A DNA stretch of 63,983 nucleotides, the filler included, from Octopus bimaculoides (lineage: Eukaryota): assembly GCF_001194135.2 (NCBI RefSeq). It is 6 parts of 6 records of this genome, joined end to end, with 100 filler letters (N's around TTAATTAATTAA, not from the genome) between each part and the next. Parts side by side here need not be neighbours in the genome. Positions count along the whole stretch, not along the records: positions 41,617 to 51,214 come from NC_069001.1; positions 51,315 to 57,420 come from NC_068984.1; positions 57,521 to 62,342 come from NC_068993.1; positions 62,443 to 63,983 come from NC_069006.1; 2 more parts are not named here. The stretch is one strand, 5' to 3'. Below, in pieces: positions 49,037 through 62,893 of this stretch. Positions within the stretch are counted from its first letter, which is position 1, and every line of letters begins with the position of its first letter. A program made the translations under genes and the position numbers. The notes under the pieces are model-generated. The model saw nothing but the letters and a program-made list of their open reading frames with translations. It was not told the origin of the DNA and made no database searches.

Positions 49037-50293
49037 ACTCTCTATTCCCGAGCGTTAAACTAATACATCCTTTTGTTGTTTACACCACCTGTCCTCATCT
49101 GTTGTTGTTTTTTTCGTAAATTCTCCCATATATANNNNNNNNNNNNNNNNNNNNNNNNNNNNNNNNNNNNNNNNNNNNNNNNNNNNNNNNNNNNNNNNNN
49201 NNNNNNNNNNNNNNNNNNNNNNNNNNNNNNNNNNNNNNNNNNNNNNNNNNNNNNNNNNNNNNNNNNNNNNNNNNNNNNNNNNNNNNNNNNNNNNNNNNNN
49301 NNNNNNNNNNNNNNNNNNNNNNNNNNNNNNNNNNNNNNNNNNNNNNNNNNNNNNNNNNNNNNNNNNNNNNNNNNNNNNNNNNNNNNNNNNNNNNNNNNNN
49401 NNNNNNNNNNNNNNNNNNNNNNNNNNNNNNNNNNNNNNNNNNNNNNNNNNNNNNNNNNNNNNNNNNNNNNNNNNNNNNNNNNNNNNNNNNNNNNNNNNNN
49501 NNNNNNNNNNNNNNNNNNNNNNNNNNNNNNNNNNNNNNNNNNNNNNNNNNNNNNNNNNNNNNNNNNNNNNNNNNNNNNNNNNNNNNNNNNNNNNNNNNNN
49601 NNNNNNNNNNNNNNNNNNNNNNNNNNNNNNNNNNNNNNNNNNNNNNNNNNNNNNNNNNNNNNNNNNNNNNNNNNNNNNNNNNNNNNNNNNNNNNNNNNNN
49701 NNNNNNNNNNNNNNNNNNNNNNNNNNNNNNNNNNNNNNNNNNNNNNNNNNNNNNNNNNNNNNNNNNNNNNNNNNNNNNNNNNNNNNNNNNNNNNNNNNNN
49801 NNNNNNNNNNNNNNNNNNNNNNNNNNNNNNNNNNNNNNNNNNNNNNNNNNNNNNNNNNNNNNNNNNNNNNNNNNNNNNNNNNNNNNNNNNNNNNNATCAT
49901 CATCACCGACACCACCACCACCACCATCACTACCACTAACACCACCACCGTCACCAACACCATCATCATCACCGACACCACCACCACCACCATCACCACT
50001 ACACACCACCGACACCATCACTACCAGCACCAGCACCCCCACCCTCACCCCCTCCACCTCGCAGAAAAGGTCCTCATTTTGAGTAAAAGTAAATACAGGA
50101 GGATCAATTATGATTTTATTAATCATACCCTCCTCTCAGATTCACTCACTTATTGCAGGGTCCCTTCAGTTTTTCTGAGCCCAGTAAAGGAACTCAGAAG
50201 GTCGGGTCTCCAACAAGGCTTTTCGCCATAATCTTAGCGTCATGAACTCTTCAGCATATTTACATATATATGTATGTATATACAAAGAAATAA

Positions 50294-50339
<46 letters not shown>

Positions 50340-51181
50340 GTTCGTGTGTGTATAAGCATGAACATGTCTGAGCGTTGTGTGTATGTATGTATGTATATGT
50401 GTGTATGTCTGAGTGGGTTGAGTATAATTTTGTGAGGAGTATAGCTTAAAATACTTCCAATTCTGCGCCAACACCACAACTATTATAAAGAATTTTCATA
50501 AATATTTACAGTAGAACTCGCTAAATTAAGTCTGATACAGCAGGAGTCAGTGATATATCTCAGTGCAGTCTAGACATTGCTGAAATCGTTCAGACGCGGT
50601 CACACGCACACATATGTATATACATATATACATACACATATACACGCATTTATATACGTAAATGATCTATATATTATTACATATGTACATACATATATAT
50701 AGGTGCATAGACATGTGTATACAAATACATAAGCATCATATATCTATCTAACTATATCTCTCTCTCTATATATATGTGTGTGTATCTGTGTGTGTGTCTG
50801 TGTGTGTGTACGCGTATATATATGTAAGTATATATACATACACATGTATATATACATATATATATGTATGCATGTGTGTGTATATATATATATATATATA
50901 ATAGGTATACATACACACACTATATACATATATACGTATGTGTATATATATATATGTATATATGTATACATATATACACATGTATATGTGTGTTTGTGCT
51001 TGCATGTATGCATGTATATATATATATATACAAATACATTCAAATAAAGGAAGGTAAATACATATGTGTGTATATACATGTGTATAGGCATATATCCATG
51101 TCTATTCATCTATTTTGCGTTATGTCTATTTATCTCTATTTACCTATAATATATATAGATATATAGATATACGTGTATATA

Positions 51182-51214
<33 letters not shown>

Positions 51215-51314
51215 NNNNNNNNNNNNNNNNNNNNNNNNNNNNNNNNNNNNNNNNNNNNTTAATTAATTAANNNNNNNNNNNNNNNNNNNNNNNNNNNNNN
51301 NNNNNNNNNNNNNN

Positions 51315-51367
<53 letters not shown>

Positions 51368-52582
51368 GCGCGCGTATATATTACATGCCAACATACATGA
51401 ATGCTTATACGCATATAAACACATAGGCGCATGTATAGGTACGTACATATGTACATATAACCGGGTTTGCTTGTAAATATATTTTCATATAAATAGTGGC
51501 TTTATATTTGTGTGCGCATGTGTGAACGTGCACATAATTATACACAAAGAAGTACATAACATATCAGTACACAGAAATAAATATCGATTATTTGAAGGGA
51601 TGCATAAAATACATTCTATGTATAGAAAAGAAAAGTGGCTGGCATTGACTGCTATGAAAAATACACCAATGTCTACAGATGAGAACAGTGTAATGACACG
51701 CACAAGTCGTAATGTAACAAGATACAACTTTTGCCTGATGTGTATAGATTTCAGAGCCAAAATACTTCTACTGCAGCGCGAAGTTACGTTTAGACACCAT
51801 GTTGCTCTCAGAAAATAGACAAGAGTTGATGAGAACATGTTCCAGTTCAATGACTTGGTACATTCTATGTTCTCTCGAAATTTTTAGGGCGTAACGCTTT
51901 TTTGAGAAAGTAAATCTAGGCCTTCTGTGTTTTACATTAAAGTTTATTTTTATGATAAACAGTGATCATCAGTTAAAATTCTAATTTCTGTCAATTCTCT
52001 CACACATCTATCTACAGATGTATAAATTTATCTTTACATACACACACACACACACACCCACGTACGCACACACGCACGCACACACACCGATGCAAATAAA
52101 AGACAATGACATGCACGCGTATACACACATACATAAAATACATATCATGTCATATATTCTTTACTCGGTGAGCCACACTCTTCATCAGCCGTTGACTAAG
52201 ATTCTAGCGATTTCGGCACCTTACGACAGTATCACTCTTTCCAGAGATGCTGAAATGCTCGTCTTCTTTTAGCATACATTTTTTGCTTCTTTTGCCCAAA
52301 GAGTCAGCACAAGACCAAGTTCCAACTGTAGCCAAACCATCCATGCAGCAAATATTTTGTTTTACTCCTCGCTAAGAACTTAATGGTCGCTCAGAGTTTT
52401 ATTCTAAGCATCATGATCTTGCGAAGAATACAATTCCATTTTGTAGATTTCATTATCATAGTTTACGCTTTGTAGTACTTAAGCTTACTTCAGTACGTCT
52501 GATTCAATCTGTGTTGTTCAGAATACGCACGCACACACACACATACATATATACATACATACATATATGTGTGTGTGTATGT

Positions 52583-52740
52583 AGGCGCAGGAGTGACTGT
52601 GTGGTAAGTAGTTTGCTTACCAACTACATGGTTCCGGGTTCACTCCCACTGTGTGGGACCTTGGGCAAGTGCCTTCTACTATAGCCTTGAGCCGACTGAG
52701 TGGATTTGGTAGACGGAAACTAAAAGTCCCTCATTTACAT
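52583..52740 (+). mobile_element. SINE family A head running into (TA)n and a gap
   Basis: GCAGGAGTGACTGTGTGGTAAG...GGGTTCACTCCCACTG; further fragments at ~42840-43010, 47110-47220, 53480-53645, 58955-59050, 61505-61800. Confidence 0.8.
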
Positions 52741-53803
52741 ATATATATATATATATATATANNNNNNNNNNNNNNNNNNNNNNNNNNNNNNNNNNNNNNN
52801 NNNNNNNNNNNNNNNNNNNNNNNNNNNNNNNNNNNNNNNNNNNNNNNNNNNNNNNNNNNNNNNNNNNNNNNNNNNNNNNNNNNNNNNNNNNNNNNNNNNN
52901 NNNNNNNNNNNNNNNNNNNNNNNNNNNNNNNNNNNNNNNNNNNNNNNNNNNNNNNNNNNNNNNNNNNNNNNNNNNNNNNNNNNNNNNNNNNNNNNNNNNN
53001 NNNNNNNNNNNNNNNNNNNNNNNNNNNNNNNNNNNNNNNNNNNNNNNNNNNNNNNNNNNNNNNNNNNNNNNNNNNNNNNNNNNNNNNNNNNNNNNNNNNN
53101 NNNNNNNNNNNNNNNNNNNNNNNNNNNNNNNNNNNNNNNNNNNNNNNNNNNNNNNNNNNNNNNNNNNNNNNNNNNNNNNNNNNNNNNNNNNNNNNNNNNN
53201 NNNNNNNNNNNNNNNNNNNNNNNNNNNNNNNNNNNNNNNNNNNNNNNNNNNNNNNNNNNNNNNNNNNNNNNNNNNNNNNNNNNNNNNNNNNNNNNNNNNN
53301 NNNNNNNNNNNNNNNNNNNNNNNNNNNNNNNNNNNNNCTACACGACCCTCTTCCGATCTATTCAAATCGAATTATGAATGACTTCTGAAATATGAATCGA
53401 TGGCGTTTCCATCCATTATTCCAACTCCGATTGAATAACCAGGAATATATTGGCAAGAAAATCTTACTGATTTCTATTCATACATGGACACGTAGCTACG
53501 TGGTAAGAAGCTTGCTTCCAAACCACATGCCTCCCGGTTCCATCTCACTGCGTGGCACCTTGGGTAAGTGTGTTCTGATATAGCTTCGAGCCGACCAAAG
53601 CTGTGTGAGTGGAATTGGTCGAGGGAAACTGAAAGAAGCGCGTCCTAAATATATATAAATGAAACAAAGACGCAGTAGAGGACATTAAAACATTCGGACA
53701 GATTGACGATACAAAGGCGGACAAGAAAGAAACAACAATCTCTCTCTCTCTCTCTCTCTCTCTATCTACGTAACTATTTTTCTGTCTGTCTGTCTGTCTC
53801 TAA

Positions 53804-53841
<38 letters not shown>

Positions 53842-53939
53842 GACACACACATACATATACACACGTATATACAAAAAAGATGTACGCATATGTATTGATG
53901 TATGTACGCATGACAACACACCCCTTTTGGCACTCTCTT

Positions 53940-54150
53940 TTTCTTTCTCTATCTCCCTTTCTCTCTCTCTCTCTCATACTTTCTCTCTCTCTCATACTTT
54001 CTCTCTCTCTCATACTTTCTCTCTCTCTCACACTTTCTCATACTTTCTCTATCTCTCATACTTTCTCTCTCTCTCATACTTTCTCTCTCTCTCTCTCTCA
54101 CACTTTCTCTCTCTCTCTCTCTCTCTGTCATATTTTCTCTCTCTCTCTTT
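53940..54150. repeat. Minisatellite of (CT)n-CATACTTT units
   Basis: Unit CTCTCTCTCTCATACTTT repeated with variable CT length. Confidence 0.85.
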
Positions 54151-54833
54151 CACACGCAAACATCTATTTCATATACACGTACATACACCTTTTTCTTCTT
54201 CTCTTTCACTTTAAAACAAAAGTAAATAAACAAATTTTTTTACGAAATTAACGAAGTCCTTCATGACAAACGAAAGATCGCCATTCACTTGAAAATAATT
54301 TTAAAAAACATTAAAATATTGTCTGTTTAAAGAATGCTAAATTATAAATACTTCCTGTACAAACAACTTATATTTTTCAAACCACATTCACTTAAAAATA
54401 TTTCTAAATGATAAAATATTGTGTACATAAAAATATCGAGTTTTTACATCGAGGGCTCGAAGACTATGTGTGTGTATATGTCACAGATAGCAGGCGTGTG
54501 TCTGTGTTGATTGACATACCATAACATTCATTATATGTGTTTTATTCTGTATGTATGTATGTGTGCTGACGTCACGGAAGCCATGTTTTCTTATTCGTCA
54601 AGAAATAGTAAACAAAAATTGTGTTTAATCGTTTTCCTTAATAAATAGAGGTCGAAATATCACAAAAATTTGTACTGCACTGCCGAACGTAAGTATGAAA
54701 ATAAATATGCAAAACAAATTGAAATAAAATATACTATTTCTGAGGTATTTTGGGTACACACAAACATCTTTAGAGTTTTAGTATTATTAAGATATGTGTG
54801 TGTGTATATCTGTGTGTATACCTGTTGGTATAT

Positions 54834-54920
<87 letters not shown>

Positions 54921-56196
54921 CATGCTTTTATTTTCTATATATGCATGTGTCTATCTATCTAATCTACGTAGCTTTCTGTTTGTCAGTCTGTCTGTCTCTC
55001 TCTTTATATGTGTGTGTTTGTGAGTGCGCGTGTGAGTATGCATATGTGTCTATATATATGTACTCAGCTCCGCATTTGTGTGTGCTGCTGGTGGATACAT
55101 AAATATATAGATTTATGAAAAGAAAACCTATTTACTTAGAATCACATCAACTAATGAAGTCTGGGTGGGAGACGGGAAGAAATAGTGGAAGATATGTTCA
55201 GCTGGCAAATTGAAAGAACTTATTAACAGACTGAAAGAAAATAAGAGTCAGACTAACGACTATATCACTAGGTATGTTATTAAGTACTGACTTAATAAAG
55301 AAGTTAAATATCATTAAAAACAAAATGGATTGTTTATAATTAGGCACTAAATATTACCTGGGAGCAAATCTTGGAACCATATAAAACGGCAAACAAAAAT
55401 TTGCGACTGAAAATAAATGTCTTTAACATGTTTACCGATCATTTAACTAAATTATTTATTCTCTGACGTTGCACAAAAGAAAAAAAAATACTATCGCTAC
55501 CAAATGTACTTTAACGTCCTTTTTCTGCGATCTTTCCAGACAAAACCTTGAATAAAATTACACGACAACATTGGTACCACGAATAGATAATTAACTTAAT
55601 TCCTGATTAATTTGATAAGCTTCCCGCATTTCATAAGTTGTCTGTTTTATATTTACCTTGAAGTTGAGTTGTTTCTTTAGATGTTTTAGAGAAATGCTCA
55701 GATACGTTCTTAGAGAGATTGTGTCACTAATTCCTTCAACGAAAATGTGTAACTTCCTTATGTCTGTCTGTCTATCTATCTATTATATATGTATATGTAT
55801 ATATATGTATGTGTCTGTGTATGTGTGTGTTTGTGCATATATGTAAGTATGTATGTATGAATGAGTTTATAAAATACACGACCATTTTCAAGTTTTATCA
55901 TTTTACATTTAGATTCATCTTGTTTCTCTTTAGCTTCTTTTCTACCGTTAGTTTGGAACTATAATATTTCTAAATTCGTATCCGACATTTCCAGATCTTC
56001 ATAGTCTTACTTTCAAGATCTAAATATACTTATAATGTTTACATTGTTCAATTAAATGGAGTCGTATGAAACGATCGTACTGCATTACCTCTCGATATCC
56101 TTGTTGCTTATTTTGATTTTAATCAGCTTAATTTGAAATACCATACTACATTCTGGTGCCTAAACTTAAATACCATATTCACCTGAATATTTTATA

Positions 56197-56259
<63 letters not shown>

Positions 56260-57774
56260 TTGTGAGTGCGCGCGCGTGTGTGTATGTGTGTGAGTGTGTA
56301 TGTGTGTGAGTGTGTATGTGTGTGAGTGTGTATACATACGAATATATACATACATATTCACACACATATATATGCTTTGATATATAGGTATATTACACAT
56401 GTATTACGTACGTTTGTATATATGCATGTGGCCTTGTGGATGTGAGTGTTGTTCCGTTACTCAATATCAAATTTTATTTTCATTCATTTCCTCAAAACTA
56501 TGATTCCTTCGGCGTGTTTGGAATTTCTAATATTTCGAACACATTAACATATGTAAAAGACAATTAAAAAATAAGTCACATAACCGTCGAATCTAGCGCC
56601 ATACCCCGCCATACCCCACCATATCCACACCGTTACTCAATTTATATTTTCTTCAAATCGGGATAATCGGAAATAAAACTAGCAACATTTTACTTTCCTC
56701 AAGCATTTGTTCAACAATATTCTTATACAAAGTCACATGAGATGGGTTAGTTTCCGCTTTCAGAAAAGATGTCTTTAAAATATTCTTATCTGATAAGTCT
56801 TTTCTTCCCTCTCATTTCCATTTCTACAGATTTCTATAAATTTCGCTTTGTTATATTCATTTTATTGATATTTCCTTCTACTTTTACTTCTTCATATAAT
56901 CATCTCATATTCTGCCTTCACTGAGTTTAGTTACAGTCTAAATATTATATGCTAATCTAGCTATTATCTACAAATAAGCTGTCATTTTAGTATCATATAA
57001 AACATCCATAAACTTGGTGTTTTAGACACCATTACGCAAATAACAAACATATTCGTCTCCAACAATATCCATCCTCAAAATTAAGACTGAAGAACAACGC
57101 AACTATAAAAATATATGAGACGAGAATTAAATATGTAACTGTGTTAATACCCAGGTCATGGATTTTGTATGTATAGACTAGTCTGAAATACGTAAATACT
57201 ATTACAGGCCAAAAGTGAATGTAAGGAAGAACATATATTGCCTTTAATATGGATATTTTGCTTTAATATGGATATTTTGCTTTAATATGGATACTAAATT
57301 AGAATTCTCCAGGATATATTTCTCCCAGTAACTTATATGTGATAATCCATTGTCTTGGACATATTTATTGATCTCATAAAAACTTTAATGAAGAAAATAA
57401 CAAAATGTGTGTAAGTGTGTNNNNNNNNNNNNNNNNNNNNNNNNNNNNNNNNNNNNNNNNNNNNTTAATTAATTAANNNNNNNNNNNNNNNNNNNNNNNN
57501 NNNNNNNNNNNNNNNNNNNNTTAATTAAAAATGAAATAAATAAAAATAATGTCTTTGACAGAAATTCTTGTTTTTTCTTTAGAATCAAAGAAATGTCATA
57601 GATGTTTCTATTTCAATTGATGTTTTCCTTGATATGTCCAGAAAAAAATTGGATCGATATAAAAGGATGAAATCATAAACCAATTGAATGACTTGGAAAC
57701 TGTCATATTTCAGTTGTAGTCATTATTTTTCCTCTCTTTTCTTATCCCAATCGTCTGCCGTATTCACATCCTTT

Positions 57775-58095
57775 TTACGATACATTGATTTCTTCATCTT
57801 CGCTGTCACTTTCGGAGATATTTATGTCCAAATTGTGTTCTTCTTGGAAGGAAGACGTTGGACTATGTGCCGAAGGACTTAATTCTCTGGAAATGGAATC
57901 TAGGTCTTTAGAGTTATCGTTTTTTGGCGATCCCTCTATGTCATCGGATTCGTCACCTTTACCAACATCACTCAAATCAGGATTTGGATTATTTTTGTTA
58001 GGTAATGTAGATTCTCTGGTACCACCCGAAGATAAAAGTTCTCTTTCTTTCGAATTTCGCCATTTCATTCTTCTGTTTTGGAACCATATTTTTAC
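57775..58095 (-). CDS. Dbx: Dbx (developing brain homeobox) terminal coding exon: homeodomain helix 3 and C-terminus
   Basis: Acceptor TTTTTATTTCACTTTTAG|GTA at 58096/58095, then VKIWFQNRRMKWRNSKERELLSSGGTRESTLPNKNNPNPDLSDVG...ESDSEDEEINVS* (321 nt, phase 0, the common intron position between homeodomain residues 44 and 45). The post-homeodomain WRNSKERELLSSGG.RE.TLP.K.NP.PDLSDV motif is characteristic of Dbx. Upstream exons were not found and probably lie beyond 63983. Confidence 0.95.
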   Translation of the reverse strand, partial: VKIWFQNRRMKWRNSKERELLSSGGTRESTLPNKNNPNPDLSDVGKGDESDDIEGSPKNDNSKDLDSISRELSPSAHSPTSSFQEEHNLDINISESDSEDEEINVS

Positions 58096-58760
58096 CTAAA
58101 AGTGAAATAAAAATAAACTGTCAAATATTTATCACACTGGTCACAAAAATGTCTTGAAATATAAAAATGGTTTAAAATATATGCAAAACATACTATTTAT
58201 ATATTATGGTTGGAGTTTACTTCGAAATTCATATTATGTTATCATTGTTTGTTTAAAAATTGGCTCATGTAAACCTTATTTCAGACCTTTTCAGAGGGCG
58301 TAAACCTTCTCTCATAGGTAATTCCATACCTAAAACGTGGGAGCATTTATTTATTTATGTATCAACGAGGGTGTTTCTACACGAACGTAAACAGTAGCTA
58401 AATTTCTCTAAAATCACACTCTGCTGTATTTTTTAATCAGTTAATCAAGCAGAGAAGGGTAGCCCCCAAGGGCCTCTACAGGGTTTCTGACACTGGTTGG
58501 AAGAAATAAGACACGTTTTCTCAAATCAGAAACTTAGTTTGAATAGTTGCAGCAGAGTGGACAACGCTAAAAAAATATGCACATACAGGGCCACTTTGTG
58601 ATGTTAAATAGGGCAACGGATTAAGTCTACTATCCAGACCTAGAAAAATGCAATGAACAGTTTCTTGACAAAGGAAATAGTTACAACTGGAACGTTTCAC
58701 TTTTGATCAAAGGTCCACCCGATCATGGTTGATCTAAGGATAAACAGTAGCAACAACGAT

Positions 58761-58833
<73 letters not shown>

Positions 58834-60550
58834 NNNNNNNNNNNNNNNNNNNNNNNNNNNNNNNNNNNNNNNNNNNNNNNNNNNNNNNNNNNNNNNNNNN
58901 NNNNNNNNNNNNNNNNNNNNNNNNNNNNNNNNNTATATATATATATATATATATCTTTTATCTTTTACTTGTTTCGGTCATTAGACTGCGCCCATGCTGG
59001 GGCATCGCCTTGAATTTTTAGTTGCATGAATCGACCCCAGTGCTTATTTTTTAAATTCCTTTCTGATACCATTTACAGTCTATTATAAGTATAATAAATA
59101 AAAACAGTGAAAACAATTATAAGATGTAATATCTAGCATTAACAGTTTATTCCTGGTCTTGCCTCCATTTTGTTTTCGTCAATGATATATGCTAGCACTA
59201 GCAGCACAGTGTAGCTAAATGAAATAAGCTGTTTATGCTATTCCTTCTAAGCTGCCACCACTCACATAAAAGCAGTCTAATCAATGATTAGCCATGCTTC
59301 ATTCATTTCGCTGAGCCAGCTGTTACACTATGCCCCACCTTACAAGAAATGTCACTAACAATGCTGCCTCTCTTGCTATAATGGATTCTATAACAAGACT
59401 TCATAGCGTTATTGGTGTTCTCTTCTTCAATTGATACTGTCTGATATTGTTTGTTTTCTATTTCTTTTCTTTTAATCCCACTAGATTTCTCAGGTTAGTT
59501 AGTATTGGCGACCGTTTGTCTTAATGCGGGAGAAGCAGACAAAACAGAGATTTGTCGATATAGAACAAGATATTTTACAGTTCTTTGTTCGAATCAGGCC
59601 GAAGATGACTCAAATTACCACTGGCATACTTTCAGTAAATGTAGTACCAGTAATATAATAGTCACAATGATAAAATTATCAGAAACTGAAGTTGTTATTG
59701 TTACTGCTTAGCCCTGTATAAATCTTGATCCACCAGAAATATGATGAAAGACGCTCCAGCCGTGGCTATCCTGTCTCTATAGAGATATATATAGCACTAC
59801 ATTATCCAATTTGTTCAATATTTTGAGAGATTTAGCTACTATTATCATTGATAAGGTTAAATAGCAGATTTACAAATTTGAAATGGCTTTCGTTGTGTGT
59901 TTATTCGTTCCTAGACATGCCAAATGATTGAGAATGAGGTGAACAACAGCAACGAAATGTAGTAGTTGTGTTATAGAATATACTATCGACCATTGTTTAG
60001 GGGAATAATCATTAGGTGGTAATAAATCACAGGATCTGTGATTTATTTTAGGCATAAGTCAATGTCGATGTAAAAGAGAATGTCGATACAATATATATAT
60101 ATATATACATATATATGAGTGAATGTCAATAAAAGTTTTTACATTCCATACCGGATAGTTTGATTACAGGAGTAGTGGTGCTTGCTAGCGGTTCTGCAAA
60201 TGGAATGGTTCCTTTCCTGACATTCATTAAACACGGGTCAGGGAGAAAATTGGATCATAAAACATACTTTTGGCAAGTTGCATGGAGTGTAAGTCATACT
60301 GATGCCCAACTATGTAGAAGTTCTCGGCTTCAATCTCGACTTAAAAACCATTTTCTTCTCATTCGCATCGCTATCTACAACTGTTTTATATGATATTGTC
60401 TCCGATTCAAAATGCAATATGGCTAATTCTCAATCGATCTAATCAACTGCTTCTATTACATGTGCGTGTGATAGATAATATATATGATTGATCAATTCAC
60501 ACACTTTTGTTTAACATACACACATTCATATTTACACATATATCCCTACA

Positions 60551-60581
<31 letters not shown>

Positions 60582-62265
60582 TGAAATAAAGTTGCGTAAT
60601 CTCTTTTTGGGAAATGAAATCTATTAACCAATTTAATGTTCAGCTTATATCTTTTAACAGTGGTATTGCTATTTAATTGTGCACGGATTATATATATATA
60701 TATGAATATATAAATGAATATATATATATATATATATATATANNNNNNNNNNNNNNNNNNNNNNNNNNNNNNNNNNNNNNNNNNNNNNNNNNNNNNNNNN
60801 NNNNNNNNNNNNNNNNNNNNNNNNNNNNNNNNNNNNNNNNNNNNNNNNNNNNNNNNNNNNNNNNNNNNNNNNNNNNNNNNNNNNNNNNNNNNNNNNNNNN
60901 NNNNNNNNNNNNNNNNNNNNNNNNNNNNNNNNNNNNNNNNNNNNNNNNNNNNNNNNNNNNNNNNNNNNNNNNNNNNNNNNNNNNNNNNNNNNNNNNNNNN
61001 NNNNNNNNNNNNNNNNNNNNNNATATATATATATATATATACATACATATATACATACATTAGATTTATGTTAATAATGGACAAATACTCATACTGGCAC
61101 CAAGACGGAATTACGCCTATGACACTATAAATACATATGCAATAAACAAATAATAACAGTTCTTTCGTTTGTCTGTCGGTCACATGATCTGCACTCTACT
61201 CGTTCAGTGGAATCAGGTGACAAAGTGGATATCTCACTTTCTCTTTCTCTTTCAGTGTCAGTCTTTCTGTCCTTTAAGAAATTCTGTCTTCCCTTTTTTT
61301 TTTCTCTCTCTTTAGCTCAATCCTTTTCTGTCTCCTTAGAAATCTATATCCTGTAGCAACTTTCTTTGTTAAATTATGTTTCTTATTCATCTCCTTCATT
61401 TTCTTTCTTCTTACTCTCGCTCATTTTCAGTGTCTAAATGCACACGCACATGCACAAACATTCACATATACGCGCGCGCGCGTATAAAAACAGAGATCTC
61501 ATATATATCTTTTGATCTTTTACTTGTTTCAGTGATGGGACCACGGCCATGTTGGGGCATCGCATTGAACTGCTCAGTCGAAATTATCGACCCCGGTCTT
61601 TTAGTCTTTTTTTTAATGTCTGGTAATTATTCTAACAGTCTTCTCCTCATCCAAAAAAGCTACTGAGTAACGGGGACGCAAACAAACCAGCACAGGTTGA
61701 AAAGTGGTAATGAGAGACAAACACAAGCACAAAGACACACACACGCGTATGTGTAAGACGGCTTGCACACTGTTTTTGTCTACAAAATTGCCCAAGGTGC
61801 AGCGTAGCGGAATTAGAACACCAGTTTTGAAACTTCAGAAATAATAGATACCTGTAATAATCCCCCACCACCATGAGCAGCTATAGATGGATATCGAAGG
61901 ATAATTCCCTTAACAAACCTAGTCAGGAAAGAGTCTGTATTCTGGTATTAAACTGATAAACCTGCTAGAAATAGCAGTTAAATTGCACTCAGGTATCCAA
62001 CTGTCTTTGAAAAAGAGTAGAAACACATTAAATAATGTAGTCCAAGATACACTATATCTAAATGAATAACAGGCAGATATAAGCTCTTTGATCAGATGTC
62101 TGCTGGATTGGAGCTGATCTGTGGTTAACCAGCAGCAGCAGTAGCGAACGTGTCTCCATTGTTATTTTGATTTTTAAAACGCTGTTTGGTTTTCCGTTTA
62201 TTTTATTAATTTTTCCACTCATTGTTATACTTGGGCGTCACAGTGCTGTATGTACTATCTATCTT

Positions 62266-62342
<77 letters not shown>

Positions 62343-62442
62343 NNNNNNNNNNNNNNNNNNNNNNNNNNNNNNNNNNNNNNNNNNNNTTAATTAATTAANN
62401 NNNNNNNNNNNNNNNNNNNNNNNNNNNNNNNNNNNNNNNNNN

Positions 62443-62893
62443 AGACCAAGCTTTCCCCTTTCACTATACGAGCCATGCGCTTTCGCGCAGCTCACTTAAG
62501 TTCTTCATACTGGATACGTGCTCTCTCAAAAGTGTCGATCCCCTCCTTAACCTGCTTCTTCCATCTGTGGCGATGACAGGCATTGTTCTCCCAGTCAGTG
62601 CCCTGTATATCACAGGCATTTAATGAGGACTTGACACAGTCCTTAAATCGCAGCCTTGGTTTCTGCCGGAGTCTCCTTCCATTCACAAGTTCTCCATATA
62701 GCATATGCTTAGGAATCCTGCTATCCTTCATNNNNNNNNNNCAGTCCTTAAATCGCAGCCTTGGTTTCTGCCGGAGTCTCCTTCCATTCACAAGTTCTCC
62801 ATATAGCATATGCTTAGGAATCCTGCTATCCTTCATTCTAATAAGGTGTCCATTCCAACGTAACCGTTGCTTGTGCACCATTCCCTCAATACT
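62443..62893 (-). pseudogene. RTE (BovB-like) LINE ORF 3' segment
   Basis: SIEGMVHKQRLRWNGHLIRMKDSRIPKHMLYGEL..GRR...KPRLRFKDCVK...DWE..A.HR..W; includes an artefactual duplication across a 10-N gap. Confidence 0.88.

Noticed and set aside
7608-52190. Other CTGANGA hits (~7610, 12348, 32101, 39790, 40198, 40857, 41751, 50250, 52185)
   Set aside because: No properly placed stem II-GAAA-stem III-NUH with a pairing stem I. A few (39790, 50250, 52185) might be decayed HHRs but cannot be supported.
19351-61183. Long ORFs of X, poly-HT/CV/YI, poly-I/L/N/D/H
   Set aside because: Translations of N gaps and microsatellites.
16270-62398. TTAATTAATTAA islands between N runs (16270, 41561, 51259, 57465, 62387)
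   Set aside because: Identical all-frame-stop spacer always embedded in Ns; assembly/scaffolding artefact.
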